Positions 1-25,736 of a DNA stretch of 64,000 nucleotides are shown here, piece after piece (within the stretch, counting starts at the first letter, position 1; each line of letters starts with the position of its first letter). The position numbers and the translations under genes were made by a program. The DNA lies in contig JAQGDQ010000201.1 of NCBI GenBank assembly GCA_030141605.1, positions 62,001-126,000 on the forward strand, read 5' to 3'. The notes under the pieces were generated by a model that saw only the letters and a program-made list of their open reading frames with translations, was not told the DNA's origin and did no database searches. Source of the stretch: Tubiluchus corallicola (Eukaryota; Animalia; Priapulida).

Positions 1-1
1 T

Positions 2-12664
<12,663 letters not shown>

Positions 12665-13020
12665 CACATTATACAATGTGGAATGACATGTGTTGGACAT
12701 ACAGATGCGCACTACGTTCATGTGCCTTAATAAGTGGTAAATTTATCTGTAGAAGTTGACCAGTGTTTTGTGTTTGAGTGCCACAACTGAAACTGTTGAA
12801 CAGATTGAATGAAGTTCAAATCAGCATTTTGATGTACGACTCTGGACCCATTAGATCAGTTTTTCAGGACCTTGTCTAGCGCTTGTGCAAAAAGTTTGGA
12901 TAGTCAGACAGTTTTACAATGATGTATAATTCGCTGCCAGTTATTTATTAAACTCAACATTATAAGTTTGCCTTATAATTTATGCATATGGACTATAGTC
13001 ATACTGTGTAACGTGATCAG

Positions 13021-13376
13021 TAGGGGTTCCGATTCGATTCAAACTAGGTTTTTCAATTCGAATGCAATTCAAACCTAAAATTGTTAATTCGAATAATTCA
13101 CTACTTCAGCTACATATGTTCTTTATCATTAAAACGTTTGAAACATCATGCAATCAGCATAATTTAGTTGAGATTTCTCAGTGCAATTTTTAAGCAAATT
13201 ATTCGTGTTTTTAGACTGCAGAAACAAAATCAAGCAAAATGTATGATCTTTGTTAAGCCGCTTTTCTTTTGTGATTCGAAAATTTATGCAGAAATCTTTA
13301 ACACTGAATTCGAATTCGATTTTAAAAAGTTCGATTCAATTCGAACTCGATTTGTAGTAAAGAGTGCTCACCCATA
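13021..13376. mobile_element. Non-autonomous hAT-like MITE with 8-bp target-site duplication
   Basis: Direct repeat GTGATCAG at 13013-13020 and 13377-13384; ends TAGGGG.../...CCCATA; many subterminal ATTCGA motifs at both ends. Confidence 0.8.
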
Positions 13377-13710
13377 GTGATCAGATACTATTTTTAGTTT
13401 TAGTACCAACACTGATTGCCTGTAGTGATGTCAAATTGAATTTTTGAATGGTGCTGAATGTTCAACTTGAGGCTATAAAGTAATGCTTGATCACTTCTGT
13501 CAATTTCAAAGCCACAATAATTATAAGTTTGTGAGAAATTTTTTAGCTAACAGTTTTTTTAGGTTTTATTTAAAATGGCTTGCCATTGTCAGTGTTGTCT
13601 ACTGCTGTTCATCTTGTGAAATTTCTACTTTCTATTCTCTTTGCACTTGTTTGTGATCATTGTAAATATGATTTTGCTATAGCAGAATCTTACTGTTTTT
13701 CATCTGGTTA

Positions 13711-14853
13711 TTATTATTATTATTTATTATTTATCCTCTGCCACTTTAACGCTTAATGACCCATAAGTCTTGCAAGCTAGGGTCACCAAACTCGCAGGGT
13801 TGGTAGCCCTGGGCGGGGGACATACAATAGTGCAGCAACCAGTGACCACTGGTCAAGTGGGAAGGGCAGTGGACATCGATCAGTTTTTCCTTTAGGTCGC
13901 ATCTCCTCTTAGGGCTTTTGGTTTTTTGCAATTTTGTTTCACAAGTATTTACGTACTGTGGGGTCGATGTGCACCTGCGGTTTTAGAAAGCTGGCAAGTT
14001 TTAAACACCCAAGGTAAGGGCAAAAATGCAAAATTTGGGGTCCCCCTATTGGTGACCTTTTACATGCCGAGGGCTAGGGACACAAAACCGGAGTTGTCGG
14101 GTCACGGAGCGGGCGGATCCTCATTTATTTTTCTTTCTGATCCATCTGCTCCCACAGTTTTTAAGCCAGGGCCACAGTATTTGGTATGTTGCTAGGTGGT
14201 ATAGTGGCCTTGCACATCGCAAAATATGATGCACGGGGGGAGGGGGGCAAAAACCGAAAAATGGGGGTCAAGAACAGAAGTGCACCGAGTCTTGAGCAAT
14301 GGTGTCTTGTAGCATATCGAATGAAAGTCTCGATGAGGCGGATCAAGTGGCATAGGTTACAATGAAAATAGTTCATCGGCGACCTGGCTAGGGGGCAAAA
14401 ATCGGAAAATGGGGGTTGGGAACAGAAGTGCATCGAGTGTCTACGAATAGTACAATGTAGCATATCAAATGAAAGGTCTCAATGAGGCGAACCGAATGGC
14501 ATAGGTTACAATGTGAATCATTAACTTTTGACCCCATTAGGGGTAAAATAGGGGTCGGGAGACAAATGCCTTCCAGGGCCGACCGGAACTAGCTTGTAGT
14601 ATATCAAATGAAAGGTCTCAAGGACACAAACTGAATGATATAAGTTCATGCCGAGATTGGTTGACCTTTGATCCATGCTGAACGGTTAAATGCTGAGATT
14701 TCATTGAGAAATGCACTTCCTATGTATTCAAGCAGGGCGAAAATAATAACTTTCAAACAAAGGCTGTCATCTCTTCATTTTTAAGGCTCGATTTTATAAC
14801 TATTGTTTGCAAAATTTTCAGCTTCTGACCACGTCCGAAACATTGTCAACTAG
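13711..14853 (+). mobile_element. Non-autonomous Helitron-like element, copy 1
   Basis: 3' hairpin TTCTGAC-CAC-GTCCGAA, then ACATTGTCAA-CTAG followed by T; 5' (TTA)n tract; internal ~140-150 bp tandem units (gtagcatatcaaatgaaaggtctc at 14309, 14457, 14596); both ends shared with 52561-52990. The 5' boundary is approximate. Confidence 0.7.
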
Positions 14854-16729
14854 TATTATTTATTTCTTGTGAATGTGTTTGTAAATCTCGTAACAGTGCT
14901 GCACTAAATTCGATGTTTTTCGATGTTTCCATCTATCCAATAAGATTGTTAGGTACTTTTATCTCGCTTCTCAAATTTTGTGTAAAATATAAGAATGATT
15001 TGCATTTATTGACAATAGACCATCATGGAATACTTACGATTTCTTATGATTACTGAAAATCTTGTGCCCGTGCTAAGAGATGGCATAACATGTTCTATGA
15101 AAGCATATCAACGTTATTATTGCTGTTTGTTAAGCCCATTTTAGTTTATCTTAGTAGCAAACTTTGTACTTTGTGTTGACCAATTGATTATAAAAAGAGA
15201 TGAAAATATTCGTATCGTGGTAATTATCATTCAGTTTGACTGGGACAAGTAAATTAGTACCACCCGGGCATGTTGTTGCAGTTTCCATGTGTATTGTCAA
15301 CATCTAGTGCATAGCCAGAAGTGTTATTAACTGATTTATGCACTCTGGTCAAATATATGCACTTGTGTCTATGCAAATAAAATATGTGAGTAATGTATGA
15401 ACAGTCCCACCTAAAATAACGTCAGTATTTAGTATTAAATTTTTAGTATTCAATTAAAAGGCCTATTGCGAAAATTTTTTTATCCACAGTGTGTGTAAGA
15501 ACTAAGAAATATGTCGATTAAGCTTTCTTTAATTAACATTTAGTTAACATGTATGATCTAATAATTAGTTGCCAGTGCCTCGAAATTAACGTGATTGTAC
15601 GTACTATAAGTTGATTATTGATAATGTGTGCAGCTGTAAAGTGTATATTTCAGGAAATTATGTTTTGTAAATTTGTAAATATTGTATAATGTAATTTTTA
15701 TCGATAATTTTTTGCAATTTATTGAAATACGGTTACATAATTTATGTGCAATTTTGATATTGAACAATTAAAAAGAAAAAAATCGTTCTTTTAGTACTTC
15801 ATGGTCATATTTGATACAGCATGACGTTTGCTATTAAACACTTTGATACCTACACCAATATTGAACTTTTATCATAAATATAATCCTGTCCATACCATAC
15901 ATTACATTTGTTCGCTATCACACAAATCACAACTTGTCATATCACAACTTGAACTTCACGTACTCCAGAGGTTTTGCTACATGGCATATCTAGCTACTGG
16001 ACAGACAATCAAAGCACCAATACAGAGGTTGAAACAAGATAAAACGAATTACGTCATACTTAATTAAACTCAAATGACATCAACAACACACACAAACAAC
16101 AAAAAAAGACAAACTTCTGCAAAGCATATAATCTACAGAGGCACACACAAATCTACAAAATTACCACCAAAAGAAAAGGGTAATCAGGCGAGTCACCGGG
16201 AAAGATTCAGATTTCGATTCCTACTCATTATCTTCAAACTTTTCTGGCGGGGACTACGTTATACTTGCTGTATTTCTGATATACAAAATTCAGTTAATAA
16301 TATTAGTCAATGTAATGTCAGACCTGTTTGTTTCCTAAAGTTTTATTAACTACCTCAAAATCTGAAAATATACAGTATAAAATAAATATACGCGTGCGTT
16401 ATTTTTCTTTTTCACAAATATATCCATCGATGTTGCATTAATAAAACATAAAATCGTCAGTCTGTTAAAAAAAGAGATTAAATCTTAGAATTTTATGCTG
16501 AAATGTGTTCATTGTTGTTCGTTAATATGAAAGAAATGATTGAGTAGTTAAATTTTAGACTGAATTGCTCGACGAGTCTTCATGAAAATGGAAAATGCAG
16601 TATTTCTACTATGTGGCAAAATTCACGAGGAGGATGCACAGCTTCTTGCTAGGGCAGAATTCCTCACGAATTCTTACTTTTATATCACAGAATAGGACGA
16701 CGTAGTTGCGCGTTGTTGTTGTCGTTCTT

Positions 16730-17370
16730 GTGGATAGTTTTATTGGCAATGGATGCGACATCACCATCTCTGACATCTCTGCTGCTCAGACAGGTGGACC
16801 ACTTTCCAAACCAAAGAAGTCTGCTCTACAACAGATGCACTTCCCAAAAAGGTGTCGTCCCTTTGAGAAACTACGAAAGGAGTCACTGACAGGAAAATCT
16901 AAAAATTAAACTCGTCATGAGCAAATAACCACAGTATCGAGTCTACCATAAATCGAAACACTGTCTTGGTCATTGTGAATTAGTCACGATTTGTCATAAT
17001 ATTGTAGGAGACCAATATTACTCATTAAATTTTCTTTATTGAATTTGCAACTGACAAAATACCATGAGGATGCCCTATTTGTCGCTGCAATAACTAATTG
17101 AAATCCACTCTCAAATAAATAGGAATCAAATTCAAAGCATTCAAAAACCAAGCCCAGCAGCATTATAGATGACATCGGTCCATCTACAACGGAACCGAGC
17201 TTTCAGAAACCGGCAAAAGATGGACAGAAGTAAAATTAACACAGGTCAAGATCGAGACAACAAGCGCATCTGCGTCCCCCTAAAAAGTCTCAAATGCTAT
17301 CTGTGCCACCACATCTTTCATGCAAGAATTGGTCTCTTGAGGAGAGGAATGCCACGTACAGGAACTTAAA
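16730..17370 (+). mobile_element. Decayed RTE-clade LINE 3' fragment
   Basis: Frameshifted peptides ANNHSIESTI, LGH, FIEFATDKIP*GCPICRCNN*LKSTLK*IGI (cf. RTE GELxxGKRxxGRPxxRYKDxLKxxLK) and C-terminal KCYLCHHIFHARIGL (cf. RTE CxxCxRxFxxRIGL). Confidence 0.65.
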
Positions 17371-20300
17371 TTCTCTGACACGAGGAAGGACCAAGGAACG
17401 AATATATTTGCCCACAAATTTGCAATCACGTCGGAACACGACTTATTTCAATTTCACACATTCCTTAAAATAAAATCGGCATATAAAACGCCAAAAAAAG
17501 TTATATCAGAACAACTCGCCATTTGTTTTATTTTTACGTAGCTATTCAGCAGTATATAAAAGTATGGAAAAATGCATCAATTATATCTAAGAATTACATA
17601 CTTTGCCTAGACAATCTTTGCATTATACAAGGTCGTCCAAAAAACATTACTAGCAAACTCTTTAATAAAAAAAGACCAGTCAAAAATGCATAAAAATTTA
17701 ACAGAATAACAATGAACATAATTTTATACAAGGCAAAAAATTACTTGGAAATTTTGTTTTATTTTTTTTGTAGTTTTTAAAAGTGTGATGTTGAAAATTG
17801 CATTAATAACAATGAAAAAGAATTTTTCAAATACTTGCTGTTTGAAATGAAAAAGAAACGGCTTTTGCAAAGTTTTTAAGTACACATGACCCACATGTAT
17901 ATTTATACATATAAACGCTCTTCGTAAAGAAGTATTCGTCAAATCACGTGTGTCAAAATTCTTAGAACAAACCAGCCGTACTCTAAAATTTATTTATCAC
18001 ATGCATTTTATGGATTCCGCTTCGGCTTCGGCACACTGCAAGCCGAAATCCAGAAATCCTGGTAGTGTCTACTCAGCAAGGTGTTTGTAGCGTGACAGGA
18101 TCCTTATTCACTATCAACAACAATTCCTTAAGATGAGCCAGTCAACCAGTAGAGGCAACTCGGCCATGTTCGGATATTTGCTCTCTCTATGAAGTAAACA
18201 GACAGGAACGGTGTAGCAAATGAAACCATCCAAAGCAAGTATTAAGTAATGAACTCAAGCTTAGCCTATCTACTCGGTCATGCGCCACGCCCCAAAGATG
18301 TGTGTTACCTAGATATCTCAATAACCTCATTCGTAGTCACAATGTGTCCCGCTCACCTACTGATACTTCTACTTGTTCCGCCAGTTTTGTATCATTATGT
18401 TTATTATAAACAAGGGGATAACTAATTTTTACACTCAACAGCTTCACCTGGCAGCGCAATGGCTGATTAAAAGACAAACCACTTTTCTAATAATTTACTC
18501 CCACTGTTTACAGGTGGCGACACTAATACTGCAAACATGTTTCTGCATTAAGCAATACAAATTACGTAACACACTGAATGGTTGCGCAGGGCCAATCATT
18601 GACAAGAAAATAGAAACATTATAATGTAACTATACAGTGTATTAATTTAGATAAGACCTCGTTTACAGACACAGGAAAATAGCAAAATTTGACGACGGAG
18701 CAGAATTTGTGAGAACACTCACTCATGCAAACACTTGTTTTGGTAATCATAGTGCAAGCCGCTTTTCCCCCATTCACATCGATTGAGGGAAAAGTTGACT
18801 AAGTGTGATTGATTCCTTGCGCCATATTGACTTTGCTTTTAAAGCAAACCGACCCCCGATTTATTTTGCGTCTCACAGCAATTTCCCGTCGCATGCACGC
18901 AAGCGGTAGTATCGAGCGACCCAGTATGTAGAGCCGATATTTGCATACTTATTAGGCTCTACTGACTTGAAGAAACCTTCGAAATGTTGCCGCTTGAAGC
19001 TTATTATGCACGTTTGTTTGTTCATTACTGATTCCATTCATCAGGAAGGTGGCTAAGTTCCCATCATTATTAAATTGGAAATTTTAACAATGCCAACCTA
19101 TCTATATAGTACCCACAACAGGTAAGTTTCCACGGACCGCTTCGTCTCGTGTTCAGTATTACATCATCAACGTCACAGATGTTGTAGTTTACTTCGCCAT
19201 CGCCAATGCCGTCAGCTAAGTCATTCGAATTATTCAAATCGTGTAAGAAATTGGCAGATCAAACTTGTGTAACTTATATATTTGGTCAAAGTTATAAACG
19301 TTAGCCTGAATCGTATAACCCTGAAATATTATCATTATTATTAATTTTTATATATGTGTATAGGCCATATAACACGATGCGAAAGAGTGGTGTTACATAC
19401 TAAGAAAAGCTCTAATAGGAAAGCTTGCAGTACCACCAGATGTTCGATGAATAAGTAGGCCTATTGAGGTGGCGTCTGCAGAAGAGTCTGATTGTCGCCA
19501 AATCCGAGCCGACCAAATTGATAATATAAGTTTGCATCTGTCAAGTGTGAAGGCCTAACAAGCTGGTGCACTAGTCTAAATAAGGCTATCGTACTCCTAC
19601 TCTCTACAAGTCCGAATAATCGATTTGTAAAGATGTACAGAGTATCATGAGGTAAGCACGGTACAGGAACACTCCTTGTTTCGGTATGTTCGTAACCATA
19701 ATACTGCCAATTAATGGTCCGAAAACAAGCGAACCTAAGCTTGTGTTAAAGCTATTCATTTGGAATGACCGAAGAGGCATCTTGGACTTCTCTTGCCGGA
19801 ACACAGACAGTAAATGCCATCTAAAGCTATCTATGTAAAGAAAATAGCTTATCCAGACAGATTCAGTGGTGGATTCATCATTCTATTTTTCGGCAAGAGT
19901 AAGAGGTGCACGTTACTAACAAGCCACAAACAATTTTAACCTAAAACGCTGCCAAGCTACGAATAATATAACGAAAATCAGTAGTGTTTTTGCCCGCTAT
20001 AATTTCCAAATGACCTTTAACCTCAATGAATTACTAATAGTCAACTCGAGTCTTAACGAGCTTTCAGTTGTTGTGCACAGAACTTACCGTAAGGCCATGC
20101 CATCTTTATCGGAGCCTAGATTTTGGTTTTTTGTCAAAAACTTTCGGTAAGGATCTACCATGCCCCGTACCGTACTTTTCTATACTGCATTAGCTCTACT
20201 TCAAATGCAGTTTGAAAAATAGGAAATAAAGGGATTTAACGCGCTTCAAATACCAAAGATCGAACTGATACCCGATAAACAGACGCTCATCATTTCAAAA

Positions 20301-23300
20301 GCCCTTTTTAGTTCAGGGGGCAGGTAATGACGAACTGAGAAGCCACGCCAATTTTATCCAATCTGAACTAAGTCAATAAACGTTGACAGAATAACTATGA
20401 TGGCTAGTGGTTTTAAGATGGTTGGTAGGGCCAAGAATCTCTTTCTCATGATTGGCATTTTGTTATGATAATTCACAAATCATGTTAAGCTCCTTTGACC
20501 TCATTTAGGTCACTTTATCGCGCGTGGCTTCCTGCATGACACACTTTTCTCAAGCCTCAAGATTAAGGTCTTCGCGAGTATCAAAGCTGGCATCGTAATA
20601 TACGTTATAAGGAAGTATAACAAGCAGAAATCTGACAGTAGAAAACGAAAGCTAAAAGATCTCCAGGGAAAATTGAAAGGAGGGATTAGGCGTGATAGAG
20701 AGGCGACTTCACATAAACATTGCCTGCTACTGGGGAATGTGGAGAATGTAGCAAATGCCAAGATACGAATCTATGTCAAAGCTTAGAGAGGAACCGATGG
20801 CTCAGAGAGATTGATATTAGGAACATAAGATATATGGAAGCAGCATGCAGGCCCACAGTTACTGAAAGCCAGAAAGTAAACGAATCTGTTAGCAAAAATA
20901 AGGTGCTAATAGCAAATGTACCGCCTCATTTTTAAGTTTTTGAATACGTCTCTTATAAAATCGTTTTTTGCGTTCATTGTTGATGACAATGACATCACTT
21001 AGCGATGAGCATATTAAGAGAAGGCAATGCTCTAGTTGGCTTGAAAAATACAGATAGCTTTTTTAGGACTCTTTAAATTTGTTCCGTCACATGATCATAT
21101 CTTAACGTTACTTAACTAAAGCCTATCCTGAAACTTCCAAAGCACAAGCGCCAACTTTGTTTCTCTATATTGAAGCTAAGTAGACAGGAGTTACGAGGCA
21201 CAGGCTTATTCTTCAGAGTGTGCAGAAATCTATGAAACTGGACAACTGGTGTTCTTTGTGAGTGGTTACGTTGCACAACATAGTTCGTTTATGCAAAAAC
21301 TCATCATTAATTTAGCGAGTTGCAGTTGTCGAAGCGCTGTCAATGTGTCTATGTACGACACGTGTGAATATTTTCATTCCAATAAACCCTGTCGGCATGC
21401 TTGGCTTCATTTCCATCTTCCTCCAGTGAACGTTGCCAGGAAGCTGTGCACTAAAGGCGAATTTGTAGTATAATTATGTCACATCAAAACACGCTAGCCG
21501 CTCACGGATACGTGGGATGATTAACGCATGAAACTAGGCAATAACCCATACAAACACACAGTTGCATTGCTACCCTGCATTGTTTCTCTTGTACATAGGA
21601 TAAGGACTGTATTATCTTATAATAGTAGATGGCAGATTATAAAATAGGCAAAAGTAGCAGACGACCAGACAAGCATGTGACCTGGTTAAAATTGAAAAGC
21701 AACATTGGCAGATTGCCATTTTCACATGTAGGAAACTATTCAAAGTTTTTTTAAGATCAATTCTTAGCATTCTGTACTATAATCGTTGTTGTCGTGTAAA
21801 TGAAAACTGGGAGAGATCAGATATTAACAGAGTTATGAAAAATCCCGTTAGGTAAAAACATGCTAACAACAGCATGCAGCGGCGACAACGACAAGCATGA
21901 CAATGGCAAAGATGATAGGTCTACCATCTGTAGCAATAAAAATGTCAATGACGTCGTTGACGGACACCTTAATCATATAATTTACAGAGATTTTCTTTTT
22001 CCCTTGAATAGTTTGAATAGTTTTGGGCACAATTTGTTTACACCATAACTGAAAAAGGGTTTCATCTTTTCCAAAACATAATTTTTAACAAAAGTGAAGG
22101 GTGACAAAAGTATACATCGTTTTAAGTCCGACACTAAAGTATCTAACACTTACGTCTTATTTGAAGTCATAAAACTACTAAGCTGTGTTTAACCATTCTT
22201 TATATTCCCATAAAAAATTGTCGCGAAAGAATGGACATTATATTAGATCAGATTAGATCAGATTATTTCAGCATAAAAGCCATACAAAAAACAAAAACAT
22301 CACATCACATTACAATAAAATAGTAAAATAAACGTTTCACTGAAAATACGACTATATATTATACGTTCAGTTTGAAAAGCATTCGCAGCAATCAGGTTTG
22401 ACGATTGTTATTTACAGGCTGTTGTTCCACATCTTAAAATAACAAGACTGTACGATTCGTACAGAAATGACAATAACTAGATGTTTATTGTTCACAAGTT
22501 CTAGTAATCGTTTTCTTATACTAACAGGCTTTGCTGTAAAGGTGTGAAAAATGTGGCAATGTTAAAATTTGCACACATGCCAGAAGCACTACAATCGTAT
22601 GGTAACTTAAATAACTTCCTGATACCATTGTTATACGTATTTTGTTAAAGAACGTACTGTCAAACTTCGTCCACAATGACATACAATAAAAATTACAACA
22701 ATAACTCTTAAAAAGATGCAATTTAGCATCGGGAGAATGCTATGAGAATTTTTTAATTAATGATTTAATACGTGCATGGAATAAATGAATTTGATTTTTA
22801 ATATCCACATTATCAGATGAATCAGAACAAATTGCGTGGCTTAAATATTTTTCACCGACTAACAGGCAATATATGTGAAGCCAAAGAGACAGTACCTGTA
22901 ACAACGTTATTTAGACTACGAGTGAGAAATTGCATACATTTACTTTTCGTATAAATCGACTTCAAACCTATAAACAACTTCAAACCTTGTTTTACATGTG
23001 TGCTACTGTAGTTTAGATTTAGTACATTTCCATGCAGCTACCCCAGTTGCCCACACGTCAGCCAACGTAATCATGAAAGTCGAAAATGGTCACAATTAAT
23101 GACCGTCTACATCGTTTGTTGCAAATTACCTTTAACTTGACCTAAACCATGCAGAGTAGAACGCAATATACACATTACTCTCTAACACTGACAAGCTGTT
23201 TCTTAAAACTTGGGCGTTGAAATTTTTGCTGCCTATTAAACGCTATTTGTTCAGATTTGTTTAAAACAAACTGGTTGAAAAATGTACTACATCTGCTGCT

Positions 23301-23992
23301 AAACCAAAATGTTTACACAAATTTCGCAGGAAAATGCATGGCATGTCTCCCTTTTACCTCCTATACCAATCAGGTACTGAATCACAGAGAGACTGGCACC
23401 TACAGACTTTTCACTGAAACTGGCGAGGTCATTATGTACGTTTAATCTTTTTAGCCGCAAATATAATATTGCATCTACTGCTCAATACTTTAGCGTTCAA
23501 TGGCATATCGAAAGCTAGTTTAGATACATAATTATTGTTTTAGTAACTGCTGTTACTGTACAATCCGGAGCAGTTTTTTTTTAATTTGAAGCCATAAAAC
23601 ATTTGTGCAGCTACAGCTGTGCACGCGCATCCTTATCATTTTGCAAAGAACTTTTTTTCGCAGATGAGACGGACTACTGTCATTTAGCTATCAAGTTTTT
23701 CAACGCAGATGTCCACATGTATGCATGTATTACAAGAACACAATTATATCTGTATATTATCATAATGATAATTAATTCATTTATTAGTTGGTATACGTTT
23801 ATTAACGTAAACAGCAATATGGATAAAGTTAATGCAATAAACGAAAAGCTGCACAAGTGCATTAATTACTTCTTATGCAGCAATAACAGTAAAAAGTTTG
23901 CGTATCTTACTTTAAGCACGCAGGCCTATAGTATAAAGAATTATGTTACAAACCTATGAGGGTACGCACTAAGTAAACTGAATGAAATTCTC

Positions 23993-24698
23993 TAGACTAG
24001 AAGAAAATCCCGAATGGGTACTTCTACTACGTTCTAGGGTCATTTTTTTCTAAAAGTTGGCAACAAAGCCAGTCTCACCAATTTGACTATGCTGAATCCG
24101 AAAAAAGCTTTGTCAGCTTAAAAAATTAACGGGAAAAGGCCAAAAACGCAAAAAACAAAACTGCCGCCAAGTTATTGCACAAACTACATAAGTCAAAAGA
24201 AATTCCGTCAAAATTAATATTAAATGACTATTATGACATGTACATTAAGTCCATAATTATTGGACCTAAGGAATCCATTTTTGTTACTTTTATTTCAAAA
24301 ATGGCCGCCAAAACGAATTAATCCGATAATGAAGTTACATTAACTATGTCACTCAAAAATTTATTACAAAAACAAAAATCAAATTATTTTGTGGTTGCCG
24401 TTTTTGGAATAAAAGGAATAAAATTGGATTACTTAGGTCCAACTGCCCTAAAATAGATGTAATGGTCGAATCTTTATGTTAATTTTCTGGGAATTTCTTT
24501 TGATTTATATTGTTTGTGCAAAAACTTTTTTTGCGAGTTTGACCCCGTTTCAAATCATCTTTCAAGCCGCAACAGTTTTTTTTCGGGTTCAGCATAGTCA
24601 TGGTATGGATATATTGTCTGGATAAGACTGGCTAAGTTGTCCAATATTAATAAAAAGTGCCTTCAGGTTCCAATTTTTCTGAAAATTCGTCTAGTCTA
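23993..24698. mobile_element. Fold-back MITE (long imperfect palindrome)
   Basis: Termini TAGACTAGAAGAAAAT / AATTCGTCTAGTCTA; internal arms pair (gactatgctgaatccgaaaaaa vs tttttttcgggttcagcatagtc; ttggacctaag vs cttaggtccaa). Confidence 0.8.
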
Positions 24699-25736
24699 CT
24701 ATTTTTTCCAATTTTCGCATTTGGCTCCTATCTCGGCCGGCTTAAACAATCCAATAAACAATCTTAACCATACCGAGCCAACTGCAAGTTATTCAAAATT
24801 TTTTCTCGATGACCAAAAAGTTGACATATTGAATAAATCATGAAAAAAATCTGCGTTATGTGTTCTCTTATACCTGCTGATTGTAGATTGGGGTTGTGAG
24901 TCCAGTGACTTGTAATAAGTTTCTCAACAGATGCCTCTAAGTAAGCGGCCCGCTGCCTGCAACGACAATATTTTTTTGACTAACCAACCAATCCTGCCAA
25001 AAATATTTCACCTGATACACCACGCGAACTGTTAAAGTGATTAAACCATGGAAGTCCGTAAGAAAAAGATGACAAATCTCTTCAGATCAGGCCAAAAATT
25101 TTCAAATGTCGTGCTAACAAAAAGCAAGCTGCGAGGCTAGTCTGCAGCAGGGAAACAGTAATTTGGGAAAAGAAACAATATTCGATCTCTATCTCAAACA
25201 AATGCTACGTTGGAGCAGATCACCAACAATTACAGGGAATTAAACGCCTATTATGTCACGCTATAAGGCAATTAAAATATCAGTATATCAAACGTTCCGC
25301 GCTGATACGTGCTTTTGGTGAATATTAAGTGACCCGCATAATTAAAATACCCGGCAGCTGAGCTTCTGCTGTGAAACCACTTTCCAAACATACAGCTTGC
25401 ATGGCTTCATCAACACATGACCGTGTAAACGGAGATTCACCACTGGCTTCCTACGCATCATCCATATGATGCACAAGCTGCTGGTATAACAGGCTTCACT
25501 ATAGTGCTACCAGTTCTTATAGTGTCAATGTGAGCGTTTAGTTTGGTTATTCTGGAAATAGTGAAAATAGTCTGAGCTTAGTTGGACAAACATATCAGTT
25601 TGTAAGTAAAACTGCTTGTCGTTTTTTTTTGCATTGTGTGTCCTTTGGCTTAATAATCTATACTTTTCACTTGGCACCTATGATCGTAAGTTACTTGATT
25701 TGGAACGTGATTCCATTATTTCTACCGATTTTTTTC

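Larger units (their letters stand above)
12665..15790 (+). other. Probable long 3' UTR of the echinoid-like gene
   Basis: T-rich + strand with TGTA/TTGT motifs up to about 15.78 kb; AATAAA at 15376 and ATTAAA near 15767; composition becomes A/C-rich after about 15.8 kb. The end point is inferred; earlier ATTAAA sites exist (about 12947 and 13128). Confidence 0.45.

Noticed and set aside
20690-20800. CGECSKCQD motif suggesting a CXXC zinc finger
   Set aside because: It needs a frameshift, has no clear splice sites and lacks the remaining Cys; at most a transposon relic
15800-24000. A minus-strand multi-exon protein-coding gene suggested by strand skew and scattered splice-like sites
   Set aside because: I could not assemble phase-consistent exons with recognisable protein content
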